Source: Phoronis australis
Lineage: Eukaryota; Animalia; Phoronida
Direction of reading: 5' to 3'
NCBI GenBank assembly: GCA_002633005.1
Contig: NMRA01000233.1
Location: 1 to 64,000, forward strand
DNA: 64,000 nt
Part shown: piece after piece, positions 1 through 13,149 of the stretch
Layout of the letters: every line of letters begins with the position of its first letter
Position numbering within the stretch: the first letter of the stretch is position 1
Position numbers and translations under genes: made by a program
Notes under the pieces: generated by a model
The model's input: the letters and a program-made list of their open reading frames with translations, nothing else
What the model was told of the DNA's origin: nothing
Databases searched by the model: none

Positions 1-341
1 GGCTTGTATGGGATGACTTAATTATATTCATCTGCGTGGCAAATCTTTACATGTGGGCCATTTCCAGACACTTCATTTTTTGACGTACGAGGGACGATTT
101 GTGCTGACATCATATGTAAGCTATGGTGGAGGGAACATTAGAGTAACTGGGAGTCAAAAACGACAACATTATTACCATAGGAGTCTGGTGTACCTGAATT
201 GGGTTTTTTCGGGAGGCATATGATGTAAAATTGTTCGAACAAAAAAGTGTAATTTTTTCTCACCTGCAATTTAGGTATTTTAGAAGTCCCTGTTCAAAGT
301 AATAAGTCGGCACTTCACAAAAATGGTGATGGCTTATAGAC

Positions 342-464
342 AATTACTGTAGCAATGACTGAAAAATCTGAACATATACCTTAAAGCATCCCATAATAGT
401 TGTACCTGATAGACAATTATGGGATGCTTTAATACATGATTTTTCAGTCATTGCTTCAGTAATT
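342..464. repeat. Short imperfect palindrome/hairpin (mini-MITE-like)
   Basis: aattactgtagcaatgactgaaaaatc...ttaaagcatcccataat pairs with attatgggatgctttaa...gatttttcagtcattgcttcagtaatt. Confidence 0.7.
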
Positions 465-934
465 TAGAAAATATATTTGAATTGACTTCAAGAACTGAAT
501 TAAACCTTTGCCACTTAAAAATGGATGTGTACTCTATTGCCATCAATTTGGTAAAATTGGGTATTAACTCAAAAGACTGAATTTTTTACAGGAAAACATC
601 ATAATGAAGTGTTCACACTCATTTATTAGAAAACCTCAAAAATTGGTCAAAATAAAACGAAAGTGGTATGTTATAGCTTGAGAGGTTTAGTTCCAGGCAA
701 AGGTAGTGCTCAGGGTGGTTACATGGCTTAACTAAGTTTGCTAAAATAAAACTCTAAGGGATTTCCAAACTACTACTAGGACTAGCGAGTATTGCAGTCA
801 ACTCAGGTGGCCTTCGGCAAAGACTAAAAAGCAGAATTTACTGATGGGATAAGAAAAACTTTTAGTTTACATGAGATATGGAAAATATACAACAGGTGCC
901 AGTAATCGGATACAATTTATATATCTCTGCAACT

Positions 935-1015
935 GAGGAGGCAGTGTGACCTAAGTAGGTTGAGTGTCTGCTTCCTGTTCACAGGATCATAGTTTCAAAT
1001 CCCACTGTAACTCAC
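935..1015 (+). mobile_element. Degenerate tRNA-derived SINE head
   Basis: A-box-like gtgacctaagtagg and B-box-like gtttcaaatccc at tRNA-like spacing; no complete cloverleaf. Confidence 0.35.
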
Positions 1016-1749
1016 AGCCAGACCCTTGAGTCAAAGCAGCTCAGACATGTGTTACATTGAAATGGCTTCAACGGTTTAGATGCAACAGGCCCTGCTGGGC
1101 AGTCTACAGTGATGCAACGGGTGTCAGATTGCCTACACTATTTTGTCTTACAAGAAAAGGATGGCAAGAATGACAACAACAAAAATATAGATGCCAGTGG
1201 AGGAAACATTTCATGTCATGTAGATGATCTTGAGATTGACATTTGATATTCTGCATATGATGTGAGATTAGTGTTTTGACATGTTATACTTTGCTGCATG
1301 TACAAACTGAGACTTTTACAATTCCAGGTACAACATGCAAATTCCTCTAGTAAGTTGTTTGACATAACTGTGTCTATAGACACAACTTGGCTGGTAATAG
1401 AATTTGTCCCATACTGCTGACACCTGGGGACAGTTAATAGATTTCTGCCTCCTGTGTTGTATACTGATTTCTTAAAGCTAAGGCAGCTTAACGAATTTGG
1501 TCTACAACAGCATAACTGGCATAGCAATCGGTGGAGTGGGTAAGTGCCATCTCAACCAAAATGTTGGGGGGTGAAGATAGGCTTCCATCTCCCCCAAAAT
1601 TCTGTATGTTAGTAACTATCAATTAATAAATAATTAGCCATTAAAAATTTCAACACGCAAACTTTATTTGAATATAAAATGTAACAGAATTCTCATGTCC
1701 CCTAGCCATCAATTATGCTTCATAGCTAGGGATTTTTTTTCTCTGAGGC

Positions 1750-2250
1750 TAATCCCTAGTATACAGAATTAGGGTACTTACCAAAATACAATGTAAAACT
1801 CTGGTCATGATGATACGAGAGGAAGCATATTTCTCATAACACTCTTTAGCACAAGCTAGGTCCCTTCTGGCAATTATGGTAGGTCTTTTGCTTTCTAAAC
1901 TTCTGACGCTGGTGTTGTTGACATCTTCGACCAAACTTGTCATAAGGAATTGATGTAGTCAAAACTGAAACGCTGTACTTTATGCTGAGCCTGAAATTAT
2001 CAAATCCAATCCTTAACACTAACCCGTTGAGCTCCTTAACTCCAAAATACCTTTTTGAAACATTTTTGTACCCCTGCCTCGCCCAGTCGGCCACTTTAAA
2101 AAGAGTCGAATACAGGGGTCCACGATTTTACAGGCAATCAGTGAATAACATAGTTTGCAAAATATTGAAACTCAAAATGTGTGCAGAACACGAGTCATCG
2201 TCAGACAGGTTACATAAGGTTGTCCTCAAATAATTCACTTTAGACCAATG
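1750..2250 (-). mobile_element. Highly decayed LINE ORF2 C-terminal remnant (possible)
   Basis: Broken frames give 'FRLSIKYSVSVL..SIP..VEDVNNTSVRSLESK', resembling the LINE C-terminal motif (FSIKYxGxxLWNSLP...SVxSFK). Confidence 0.3.
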
Positions 2251-2317
2251 TATCAGTGACACATGGTATCCCGCAGGTAACTAGTCAATAACCATCGTCT
2301 GTGCTGGCGCAGCTAGT

Positions 2318-2836
2318 AGAGACGATGGAGCTCCTAGGAGTAGGAAGCTTTTCAACGAATTATGCCTCGCACAGACTAAAACACCAAAATCACGTTGTCA
2401 TAAATACCTTTTTGCACATAGAGGGACACCTTAGGAGGTCGTTGATGTATTTATACTCCTTCCAAGTCGAATAAATACAAATTTCTTCGAGCAGTCCCTT
2501 GTTCAGTTCCCAAACTAAATTGGCATCTTGCCATGTTCACACTGCGCACGCTGGGGATATGTACATCATGCCACTTGCCGGGCACAGTGTTAAAAATGGC
2601 ATTTATTGATTTTGGGAACTGAATGAGGGACTGCTTGAAGAAAAAGTTTGATAACAGGAGTATTTGTTCGAGTTGAAAGGAATTAAATATATCAACGACC
2701 TCCTAAGGTGTCCATCTATGCGCAAAAGGTAATTATAACAACATGACTTTGATGTTTAAGTCAGTGTGAGGCATAATTAGTGGAAAAGCTTCCGGCGTAT
2801 GAAGCTCCTATAGGACTGAGGAGCTCAATCGTCTCT
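2318..2836. mobile_element. Foldback/long-TIR MITE, copy 1
   Basis: ~200-bp arms in inverted orientation (e.g. atagagggacaccttaggaggtcgttgat vs atcaacgacctcctaaggtgtccatctat; aagcttttcaacgaattatgcctc vs gaggcataattagtggaaaagctt); a related copy lies at 48320-48750. Confidence 0.75.
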
Positions 2837-3358
2837 GCTGACGGACGCATCGTCTAGCAGCTAACGCGAGTTCTTGGACAGTGCACTTGAGGGCTGAATT
2901 TACACCAAACACAAGAACTGTTTCTTTAATATGGGTGAATTTTGATGCTTCAAAAACGAATTATGTATAAGATTACAACAAAGCGGTAATATTCGGTTAC
3001 ATGGATCGTTTTCAAATTCGACATATTCGGCCACTGGTGGCTTGCGCAAGACCCCCTCCGGTCTCACAAAACGATTAGTATCGTCCGGTTACCTATTTTC
3101 GTCAGGCTCCAAAGTTCGTCCGCCATCTTGTTTCGCGTGCAGCGCAACCACGCGGGACTTAGCGTTCCAATTTGGAGTTCTCGTCTGCACGTTAGGTACT
3201 AACTTATCGGAAGAGACACGTATCAAAGTAATGAGACAAAAATCGGTGAGTTTACCGATTGTTTTTTAAAACCACTTAAAAATCAGTAGATTTTACTAAT
3301 ACACTTTTTTGTGCGTTTTCAGAAGATGTTTTCGAATTTAAATTTTCTTCCGACGGGA

Positions 3359-3686
3359 NNNNNNNNNNNNNNNNNNNNNNNNNNNNNNNNNNNNNNNNNN
3401 NNNNNNNNNNNNNNNNNNNNNNNNNNNNNNNNNNNNNNNNNNNNNNNNNNNNNNNNNNNNNNNNNNNNNNNNNNNNNNNNNNNNNNNNNNNNNNNNNNNN
3501 NNNNNNNNNNNNNNNNNNNNNNNNNNNNNNNNNNNNNNNNNNNNNNNNNNNNNNNNNNNNNNNNNNNNNNNNNNNNNNNNNNNNNNNNNNNNNNNNNNNN
3601 NNNNNNNNNNNNNNNNNNNNNNNNNNNNNNNNNNNNNNNNNNNNNNNNNNNNNNNNNNNNNNNNNNNNNNNNNNNNNNNNNNNNNN
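3359..3686. other. Assembly gap (N run)
   Basis: 328 consecutive N. Confidence 1.
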
Positions 3687-4211
3687 ATGCCCAAAAGACC
3701 AAATCCGTTTTTCGTGTTGGCAATAATGACGGGATTGCTTTGGAAATCGTTCTAAGATAAGGTTTGACAAAGAGAGTATTGCGAGTTTCTGAGTGATTCA
3801 CTAAGGCTTCGATTAAAAATCACATCTTACCAGCAGCTTCTGTTTTTTCATCGTCACTCAGGTTCCATTTTCTTTAAAAATGAAGTAAATTTTCTTCATT
3901 GCACAGTGGAGCAGACGACGGAAAAGGAGTAGTAGTGCTCAGCGCCACTGCCGGTCGCCTGCGATATCGCGGGAGAGCCTGTACTTAGCCATAGTTCCGT
4001 TACGAATGCGCCGTGTTCAGAATTTGACACTTGAAATTGGATTTGAGGCCCCCCCAACACTAAAACTTCATACATTTAAATCTTTTTTCATCCGTATAAT
4101 TTTAATTACCGGGGTTAATTAATAAACTCAACATTCCCCTACGCTCTTACTGTTTTATTTTTTGCGGCAGCCAAGGGGGGGGGGGGCCGGGCAGCCCTAA
4201 ATCCGCCTATG

Positions 4212-4607
4212 ATCTTTGTACTCGAAACGAACTCGAAACTATTTTTGGCAATTTCTCTGCTCCTTTTGTGCGAAGTTAAGATAATTGGTTATCGGACTGT
4301 GCTCGAATACATTATAGTTTATGCATAGGAGTTTCTAGTTCAAGTTTGCCCTTGAAGACCCTTATATTAATTCGTGCTACACTAAAACTCGAGTAAAAAC
4401 TCGAAATTTCGAGTTCCAACTCGAACTTATTGCTTTAATATTGGGTTTACAAACTGTGAACTAAGGACAATAAATTATCTACGTAAGTTATTGTGTACTC
4501 GAGCATAGAATAATAGACACTTATCTTGATTTCGCCCAAAAGTAGAGTAGAAAATGCCAAACCTAATTTCGAGTTCCATTTCGAGTAAAAAGATTGGAGA
4601 CCGGGCC
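4212..4607. mobile_element. PIF/Harbinger-like MITE, copy 1 (left terminus truncated)
   Basis: High identity to 12410-12810; right TIR ends ...ggagaccgggcc; left end abuts the terminus of another G-rich MITE (taaatccgcctatg). Confidence 0.8.
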
Positions 4608-5685
4608 CTGACCGTAGAGTTAGCATCTTTGGGAAGACTAACCGCCTTGACCGCCTTCATTATTGTTTTATGGACCGTAGCACGTCTAGCGAGCGTGTGC
4701 GATCAGGATATCTTAGGGAACACGCTCATTCGATACAATACCCATCATTTTTCGTACCACGTTATAACTGTATACATAACATGCGCTCACCCAGCCTTTA
4801 ATAGCACGCAGTGGGCTCCAACTTTTTTCTGGCGATGTAACCTTTTGCTGACAAAAAAGCGGCAAGGACTTAAAAAAACGAGGTACCACATTCGGAACCG
4901 TGACCTACGCGTCTGCTCCTTGTTAGTGGACTTTTGTCTCGTTGTCTCGGAGTTTTTGTTTCTCTGAGACGGCCGCGTTTTGCCACCGTTCCGGCGCCGG
5001 CCCAATGCTGGGGGGGGGTTCGTTCGAGCCGGCCCCCGAGCCCCCTTGGGTGCGCGCATGTATAAGCAGAAATTGATAAACGTCAGTTATTCGTGGCACA
5101 AAATGGACCCTTACTTTGTTTTCTAACGGAATTTTCAGGAACTGGAACTGTTTTCAACAGCCTAAAACCATATGCAGGCGTATGCCGCATTGAAGACCAT
5201 TGTTTCCTCCACTGTGAACATTTTAAAGCCTCTAACGTCACTGCGCGTCGTATTCATATGATCGGGGAGATCGGCGAATTTTTAGATATACTAAAGCTCC
5301 TTGCCACTTCCCAAACCTCTTTCCAAGCAACACAATTTTTAACTGACCAATCGTATCAATTTATACCTTAAAACCCAGAACGATTGAACATTTTCAAGGC
5401 ATCCTGCTTTCACTGCATTCTTGCTGGTTTCCAACGTCTGCGCTAGTGCATGGGTAGAGAACAGGTAACTCGCGTTTTACCACTGACTGGCTGCACTCTT
5501 TTTCAATCTGTCACGAACTGCAAAGATGCACGGTGAACTTATAGGACCCACTGAAGAGTCAAACACAACATACATTCAAGCCACACCGATGCCACAAGTC
5601 AATCTGTGTTCAGCTCTGCATCGATGTTATCAGTAAAACATCAAGTAAAATCTTTCCTTAGCGAAAATTAATCAAATTTACTCAC

Positions 5686-5811
5686 CTTGCCCGCCTTCCG
5701 GGCGTTCTCGATCGCGGGTTGTGGCCGGGGTGTGCAAGGGTCTCCAATAAAGGCCGACAGGTTTTCCGTGCGGAAAAATTTATGATGAAAGACCTTTTTA
5801 TCCGCTGGCAT
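5686..5811 (-). CDS. Candidate first coding exon of an unidentified gene running leftwards
   Basis: ATG at 5811, 42 open codons (MPADKKVFHHKFFRTENLSAF...RKAGK) ending at a strong donor AAG|gtgagt in CpG-rich context; no downstream exon identified. Confidence 0.3.
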
Positions 5812-6270
5812 CACCGACAGGCGTCGTAGAGACGTATAATCGGAAGCACTACCGAAGCGAGTCATACGACCGGCCCGCACTTCATCTTTCGGGTCTGAAC
5901 TTTTGTTTGCGATTTAATTTGGTACATGGTGATTGTGTAACATTTCTTGATTAATTGTTTGTGAGTAACGTGTTTATGCATTTACTGTAAAGGAAGAATT
6001 ACATATAATGGTTAACTAAATTATTGCTGTTGATGACTTAACATTTTGTCTCAGGAATTAAAGGAGATTGATGTGACAGTCATTTATTGAGTTTCTAACA
6101 GATTATGCTAGTTCCGGTTATCACGTGTTACTATGACATATAACCTGCAGAGTGCATAGTTTTGTTTCATGTGTTTTAGTTTCTTTAATGTAGATTACTT
6201 TGACAGTACATTTCTTCGTAAACTAACGATGTTTCAGAGATAACGTCGGTATTAGATATAAAAGCGTTAA

Positions 6271-7968
6271 TGGAGAATGCCACTCGATTTAATTAGTCAT
6301 ACCGTCTTAATCGGTCAGTATCCACATCGCCTCTTATACGGTCGACCTCATCTTGCTGAGAGGTGTCGCGTTAGTTAACCTGTGAGGAAGATGAGAAACG
6401 ACGCAGCGACGTCAGTGGTTCATCTGAAGAGTGAATGCCGCTATATTGCGGTGCATCGTTCCCGCTTGTCAGAACTATGAAGCTGCGAAGAAAGCCAGTA
6501 TATCGTTTTTTCGACTTCCTCGAGAGTCCGAAATGCTTAGGAAGTGGGTCGCGGTCATAGTGAAGATTGAAAAGTACGCTGTTAATAGCAAATATGAGGC
6601 CGTGAAACATCTCCGTGTTAGTGGCCGGCATTTCGTCGACAGTGATATCTCTGACGAATTCTGGCTTACCAAAGAACAATCCATACCTTCCGTTTGCCTG
6701 CGCATGTTCACGGCTCCTCTCCATCATTTCTTGATCAGTTTATTCCGTTCGACCTGATAGCCTGTGAAACCTAACGATCCGACCCGTGAACTAGCCTTCG
6801 TCGGATGAGCTCTCGACTAAGTCGGGATTGGCACCGGACGATCGAGTTGCCATGAAGCCAGGACTTATATTATTCTGCGTTCTGTTTCAAAATGAATTAT
6901 TCTTACCCTAACCAATGCTTATATAAAACTGAAACAAAGTCTGTCTCATTAGATACAATTTGTCTTGTCTTTGGAGTATTCGTGAGTGCAAATGTTTTGA
7001 GAAGCCAGCAATGAATAAACCACTGCGTTCAGTTACCGGATTTAGATGCAATAAAGGTATTTGACCGGGCAGGCTGCCGAGGCCGTGATAGCGCATGCTA
7101 ATTCAGTGTTTGCTGATAGAAAGCTGTTGTGAAACAATAACTCGATTTGATATGCTATGGTCACATGTTAGGGAATCCTTATTTAGATATACAAATACAT
7201 TATTCAAATCATTATACAACCTTTGCCCACGGTTCTATACGGTGGAAGGGGAAGTGAACCTGACTTCGCGGCCCCTGACAATTAAGTAGATTTTCAGTTT
7301 CGTGGCTAATTCACCTAAATAATTACGAGCACATTATTTGTGGCTCACTAATATAGTCTTTTCGTGACTGGAGGATTAGTTTCCAACTTAAGTTGGTTTA
7401 TGTTCGTGATGTCCAGAAGCGGTGGCCGCCGCTGACGAGCTTGATCCGGTTCCGAGCCACCGGCGGAGAGTAACAAGCGTTTTGTGTGTTTAGAACTAAA
7501 AAAATCGCAAGTCTAACAGTACAACACACAGCTATGTTCCCCTTTCTGTATTTCACGGAAGAATGATTCGAATTTATCACCAAACAGACCCAAACTCCCG
7601 CGATCGACCATGAAAAATTGGCCTACCCCGGCGAACTCTGCAGGCTACGGTAAGTTCAAATGCCTATAAATTCGTAACAGTGAAATAAAACAACACGTTT
7701 GTTCAAGAACTCGTATTTGTAAAGGGTTTATGTCGAATTTCGATGATTTATTGGTGTAAAACGATGAATTCAAGCGACAACTTAACACCAGTAAGCGTGT
7801 TGTGAACGGCTGAATAGACTGCGTTCGAACCGATGACGTCATTGGTTAATTTCATTACCTCCGTCTGCCGTTAGGGTGTCGGGTAAAACAACTGAACTTG
7901 CTGTAATCGAGTGGAACTACTCGATCTAACTTGATACAAAATAGGTTGTTTTTGGGTGGCATTCTCCT
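6271..7968 (+). mobile_element. Non-autonomous Kolobok-like DNA transposon with THAP-domain remnant, copy 1
   Basis: TTAA at 6267-6270 and 7969-7972; TIRs ggagaatgccac / gtggcattctcc; 6431-6700 encodes THAP-like RCIVPAC...FFRLP...W...LRVSGRHF...IPSV (third Cys -> Ser). TTAA TSD plus THAP are established Kolobok hallmarks. Confidence 0.8.
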
Positions 7969-8284
7969 TTAAGCGTTCACCAAAGTCTCGCCGACGATAC
8001 GGTGACAGTGAGGTTGAATTTATTTTTTCTCTTCCTTAACGCTAAATTTACAAAAGAAGCCAATGTACACATCCGACCTAGCGTGCGTTCAGTAGACGCT
8101 AGGACCTACGCTAGGACCTAGCTAAAACCTAGTCAAAGTCACGTGTTCTCATTTAAAATACACAGCAGTATCTCACGTAATCTCGCAAAGTCTTGCTTCT
8201 TAGCGAGGTCCTAGCGCTACTGAACGGGAGGCTGGTAGATTGCCATCGTCTGAAAGTGGATGGTCACGTGGTTTCCTGGGAGGA

Positions 8285-8465
8285 AAATTTTCGGTCTTGG
8301 GGTGATACATTTTCTGCCCTGGGGTGATGAACTTTCGGTCCTGAAGTGATAAACTGTTCGGTCCGGACCTGTTGAATTTTGGTCCTGGCGTGATAAATTA
8401 TAGGACCTGGCGTGATTCTGGTTTTCTTTTGTTCTGCATGTGTCCTGGAATTTTTTTTCGGCTTT
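8285..8465. repeat. Degenerate ~21-bp minisatellite
   Basis: Recurring ttttcggtcctg / ggtcctggcgtgat units. Confidence 0.5.
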
Positions 8466-9469
8466 GGCTGTCCATAGTCCGCAAAACTGAAATTATTTTT
8501 GCTGCTTACCAGCTCAAGACCCAAATATGCTATGTAGCCAGTCTCCACTGATCTATTTTAAAGACTAAAATGCGTATACATTTGTATTTACATAGGCCAA
8601 GTAAATACTTTTACTACTATTATAGTTTTATCCAAGTTTACCCACCCAGAGAAATCTCTGCTCACCGACTTAATTTTTGAATTGGTAAACATCTGGTGCC
8701 CATGTTGCCTGTTTACCTGTCACTCGCCGTTTGCGCATAGGGTACATGTATCATTGAAAGCTCCAAGACTTCAAGTGCCTTTTCTCGTCAGTACTATAGA
8801 TATTTTATCGTCGAAGAATCAAACCTTGCGCGATTCAAGCCTCCTCAATGTAACTTTTATCAGTTCCATGACGACGTTCTGTCGTTCAGCAACTTTTCCA
8901 GACGTGAGGGGGTCTGAACGTACGATAACATCTGGCTCCTTAGTTAACTGCCCAGCATAGTCTTTTATCCCGTATTACAACAAGCAGGCCAATTATCTCC
9001 CTGTCACGGTAGTTGGGCGATTTTGGTGATTCAAAAACTGAACATAATTGGCATTTGACAAGGAATTCAGAAATGCTATTGGTTTATGTTCAATTATGTT
9101 ATAACTTAACTTTCATTTTTAGCAGCACGGCCCAGTCAGACTAAATATGATCTGATTAAAGATTAGAGCAGTTATCGAACAAAAGAGAGCCGGCCTTCCA
9201 ACCATCAATGCCAGAACAGAGTTAATCAGTAGCCATATTGACTACAGGGGTGATCTTCCCAACTTGTTGTTGGGCTATAGAATCGAACAAGTTGGGAGCA
9301 ACGGGAAAACGCCGTAATGCAAAGGAGTTTTTCATATATAATTGCGATTAGCGTTATTTGGTTCTGGACAGAAAAAAAACTCACAAGGGTTGTAACGTAC
9401 AAGTGTACGAGTTGAGAATGGGAATACCATATTACAAAATACAGCAAAAAAAAAACCATTGACCATAAC

Positions 9470-10318
9470 TAGCAAAAGCTGCATTTTTGTCGGAGCAGTT
9501 CTGTTTCTAAAATGGCACCCATGTTCAGCTCAAGTCTTTGACGATTTTGCACCAATTTGTTCCCTCTAAATATAACGCTATTTGACAGCTATTTCAAACC
9601 ATTAATCTTAAGTTTGTGATAACTTTTAAAACCACTTCCCTACACCAAGAAAGTTGATATGTATTATGACTTTTTACATATGAAGATGTCAAATACCGAA
9701 AACATTCAATACTAACTATGTAAGCAAACAAGATACAGTGAGAATAATAGAGGACAATCTGAGATAAAAGCAAAAACATCAACCAGAAACGAAATATGTG
9801 AGCAAACTGTAACCAACCATACTACCTACATGCACCTCGCATTGTCACCTGGCTCAATAAGTGCACATTGCTTGGGGAGTTGTTTTGAGATAAAAATTTT
9901 AAAAACGCAAAAAGGTTTTACATGCTAATTTAGGTGAAAATGTGAACTGCAGAGTTTCAGTTTTATGATGTTTATGTAATGACTACTTAAAGGTAATTCA
10001 AGCTTAAGTGAAGACCTGCAACCTCACGAAGCAGGCCAAGGGTTCAGTGTATCTCACTATACTTCTTCACTGAGGCCGCCAGTTGCCATGGGTACAAAAT
10101 AATTTGATTCAGGGTGGCGGAGAATGGATTCATGTTTAATGGCAAGTCACAATTTGTCACGTGTCAAAATTTTCAAACTGTCTCAATATTGTCACAATTT
10201 TTTGTGCACATCAACTTTTAAGTAGCCTTTGACACATATGAGAGACGCAATATTTTTCAGTGACAGATAATGAGGCATTTCATAATTTACAATTTGTGAA
10301 AAAGGAATTACCACTTGA
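9470..10318 (+). repeat. Direct-repeat segment A (paralog of 17925-18760)
   Basis: Long colinear similarity, e.g. gcaacctcacgaagcaggccaagggttcagtgtat present in both. Confidence 0.85.
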
Positions 10319-13149
10319 TTTTATTTATTTATTTATTATTGTGATATTTAAAATGAGGGTGGCCTCTTCAGTGATAGCAATGCTTTCCAAGAGGGCCCTC
10401 AACAAGAAAAACAGTAGTATAATACAATGAAGTAATAAAACAACAATGAAATATACGTAATAAAGATACAATTAAAACAGGTTGAGAATTAAGACAATGA
10501 CTAAAGGACAAATAATGGTAAAAATTTAACTAAGACAGTTGAAATAAATTAAGAGTTGATTCTAGACAGTGAGAGTATTTACGACAATGAAAAAAATGAC
10601 ATGATTAAGACAGGCAGGGTATAAAAGGTCAATTAAATTACAGACACTTTTTAATATTTACTTTAAAGGTAGCAATTGAATTGGACCGTTTAATTTCTGG
10701 GGTAAAAGAATTCCATATTATAGCAGTTGCATAGATAAAAGATCTCTTGCCCGTCTCGGTTTTAATTTTTTTAGAATAAACATTGCCAGCAACAGAAGAA
10801 CGTGTAGAATATACAGCCTGGTTGCTATTGCTGAGATATGCTGGAGCCAAGCCATTGATACATCTGTACATTCAACAAGCAGAGAGATATTTATTTTTTT
10901 GTCTTAAATTCATAAATCCCAGCTTGGAATACAAGTCTTCGACCCTAGTGTCCCTAATTTTAGTACCCAGGATAGCCCTGGCGGCCCTATTTTGGATTAC
11001 TTGGACTTTGCTGACAAGTGTGTCACTAATGTGCCCCCAAACTGGTAAACAATAATCAATATGAGGCTGAATAATAGAATGGTAAAGGGTCTTAAGAGTA
11101 CTGACATTAAGAAATTTGCCTAGACGTTTAAGTACACCGATTTTCTTAGATAATTTCTTTGTGATATGATCTAGGTGCATATTAAATTTAATATTGGGAT
11201 CTAAAGTAAGGCCCAAGTACTTAAACTTGTCAACATTCTCGATGAGAGAACCGTTGATAGAAAGGGATATAGTTTTTGTTGTTTTAATTTCTGGTGGGTT
11301 CCAAACACCATCGACTTGGTTTTACTAACGTTAAGAGTGAGTTTATTTTGAATCAGCCAGTCATGGATAAGGGCTAGCTCATCGTTGAGAGAAGTTTCGA
11401 GTTCTTTTACTGATCCAGCTGTTGACATAATTGCAGTGTCATCAGCGTATAAAACTGGGACACTGTTGTGGAGGACAGTAGGGAGGTCGTTAACAAAAAT
11501 AGTGAATAATAGAGGGCCCAAAATGGAACCCTGAGGTACCCCCGTGATTACGGTTGAGTAGTCAGAAAGTATACCACCGTATTTGGTGGCCTGTTTACGG
11601 TCGTATAAGTAGTTTCTAAACCAAAGGAGTTCGTTATCATTAACTCCATAAGACTCTAGTTTCTGCAATAGGATACCATGGTCCACAGTGTCAAAGGCTT
11701 TCTTAAGGTCAACAAAGACAGCACCAGTTAGCCTCCCCTGATCCATATTATTAAAGATAAACTCAGTAGCATGAATGTTTGTAGTAAGAGTGGAATGCAA
11801 GGGGCGGAAACCAGACTGTGCTGCCGAGAGAAGGGAATTTTGCTCCAGGAACTGGTGAAGCTGCTTTTGAACACACCTTTCAAGAATTTTGGACACTGCA
11901 GGGAGGACCGATATTGGTCTATAATTTTCGCAACTTGACTTTTCACCATCTTTAAAAACAGGAGTAACAACTGCCATCTTCCATTCTCAAGGAATTGTGG
12001 CCGTTTTTAAACTTAAATTCATGATATTGGTAAGGGGCTCAGCTATTTGTTGAGACGCCAGTTTTAATAGTTTGGCATCAATGCTATCGATGCCACTGGC
12101 ACTACTAGAGTTCAGAGTTTTTATTTGTTCTCGGACGTAGTCAACTTGAATGTCTTGAAACTTAAATGATATTCCCTCTTGTATCTTGGGCGGGAGCTCA
12201 ATAGTTGACATACTGAAATTCTCAGCAAGTTTTTGGCCAATGCCAGTAAAAAAGTCATTAAATGCATTTGCTATTTTACTTTTGTCCGAAACAAAATCGT
12301 TTCCAATTAGAAATCCATTTGCGACAGACTTGGACTTGTTAGGTAAAATTGATTTTATGATTTTCAAGAGAGTTTTCCCGTTAGATTTGTTTATTTCATT
12401 AATAACTTGGGCCCGGTCTCTAATCTTTGTACTCGAAACGAACTCGAAACTATTTTCGACAATTTCTCTGCTCCTTTTGTGCGAACTTAAGATAATTGGT
12501 TATCAGACTGTGCTCGAATACATTATAGTTTATGCATAAGAGTTTCTAGTTTAAGTTTGCCCTTGAAGACCCTTATATTCGTGCTACAAACTCGAGTAAA
12601 AACTCGAAATTTCGAGTTCAAACTCGAGCTTATAGCTTTAATATTGGGTTTACAAACTGTGAACTAAGCGCAATAAATTATCTACATAAGTTATTGTGTA
12701 CTCGAGCATAGAATAATAGACACTTATCTTGAGTTTGCCCAAAAGTAGAGTAGAAAATACCAAACCTAATTTCGAGTTCCATTTCGAGTAAAAAACTTGG
12801 AGACCGGGCCTTGGTCGTAATACTCAGCCTTAGCCCGTTTAAGAGCACTGTTTACCTTATTTCTAGCTTTCTTAAAGATACCCCAGTCAGATGAATTTCG
12901 AGTACGCTGAGCTATTCGCTTCAGGTAATCTCTCTTGCGAGAGAGAGCTATGAGATTATCATTATACCACTCGGGTGATTTGCCCTTTAATTTCAATTGG
13001 ATTACGGGGGCATGATTATTAATTACTCTAATGAAACTTGGCTTGAAAATCGTCCAAGCGGCATCGGGGTCAACAGCGGTGGTAACGGCGCCCCAATCAA
13101 TAGCCTGTAGATCTCTGAGAAAGTCTTCGTTATCGAAGGTGTGATATGA
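10319..13149 (-). mobile_element. 5'-truncated L2/CR1-clade LINE (RT pseudogene), interrupted by a MITE
   Basis: Frameshifted ORF2 pieces 13191->10638 with NYRPISVLP, QSGFR, DLKKAFDTVDH, GVPQGSILGPLLF, YADDT; 3' stem-loop at ~10355-10400 and (TAAA)n tail at ~10319-10337; flanks rejoin as in the empty paralogous site at ~18752-18790. Confidence 0.95.
12410..12810. mobile_element. PIF/Harbinger-like MITE, copy 2, inserted in LINE ORF2
   Basis: TIRs ggcccggtctc...gagaccgggcc (extended imperfect TIR ~40 bp); 3-bp TSD TTG at 12407-12409 and 12811-12813; removal restores the frame YYDQVINEINKSNGKTLLKII. Confidence 0.9.

Noticed and set aside
3276-3801. 118-164 aa ORFs
   Set aside because: They span the N gap
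6431-6757. Host THAP-domain gene
   Set aside because: Lies inside a TIR/TTAA-bounded element present in three copies, has a non-ATG start and a zinc-ligand substitution
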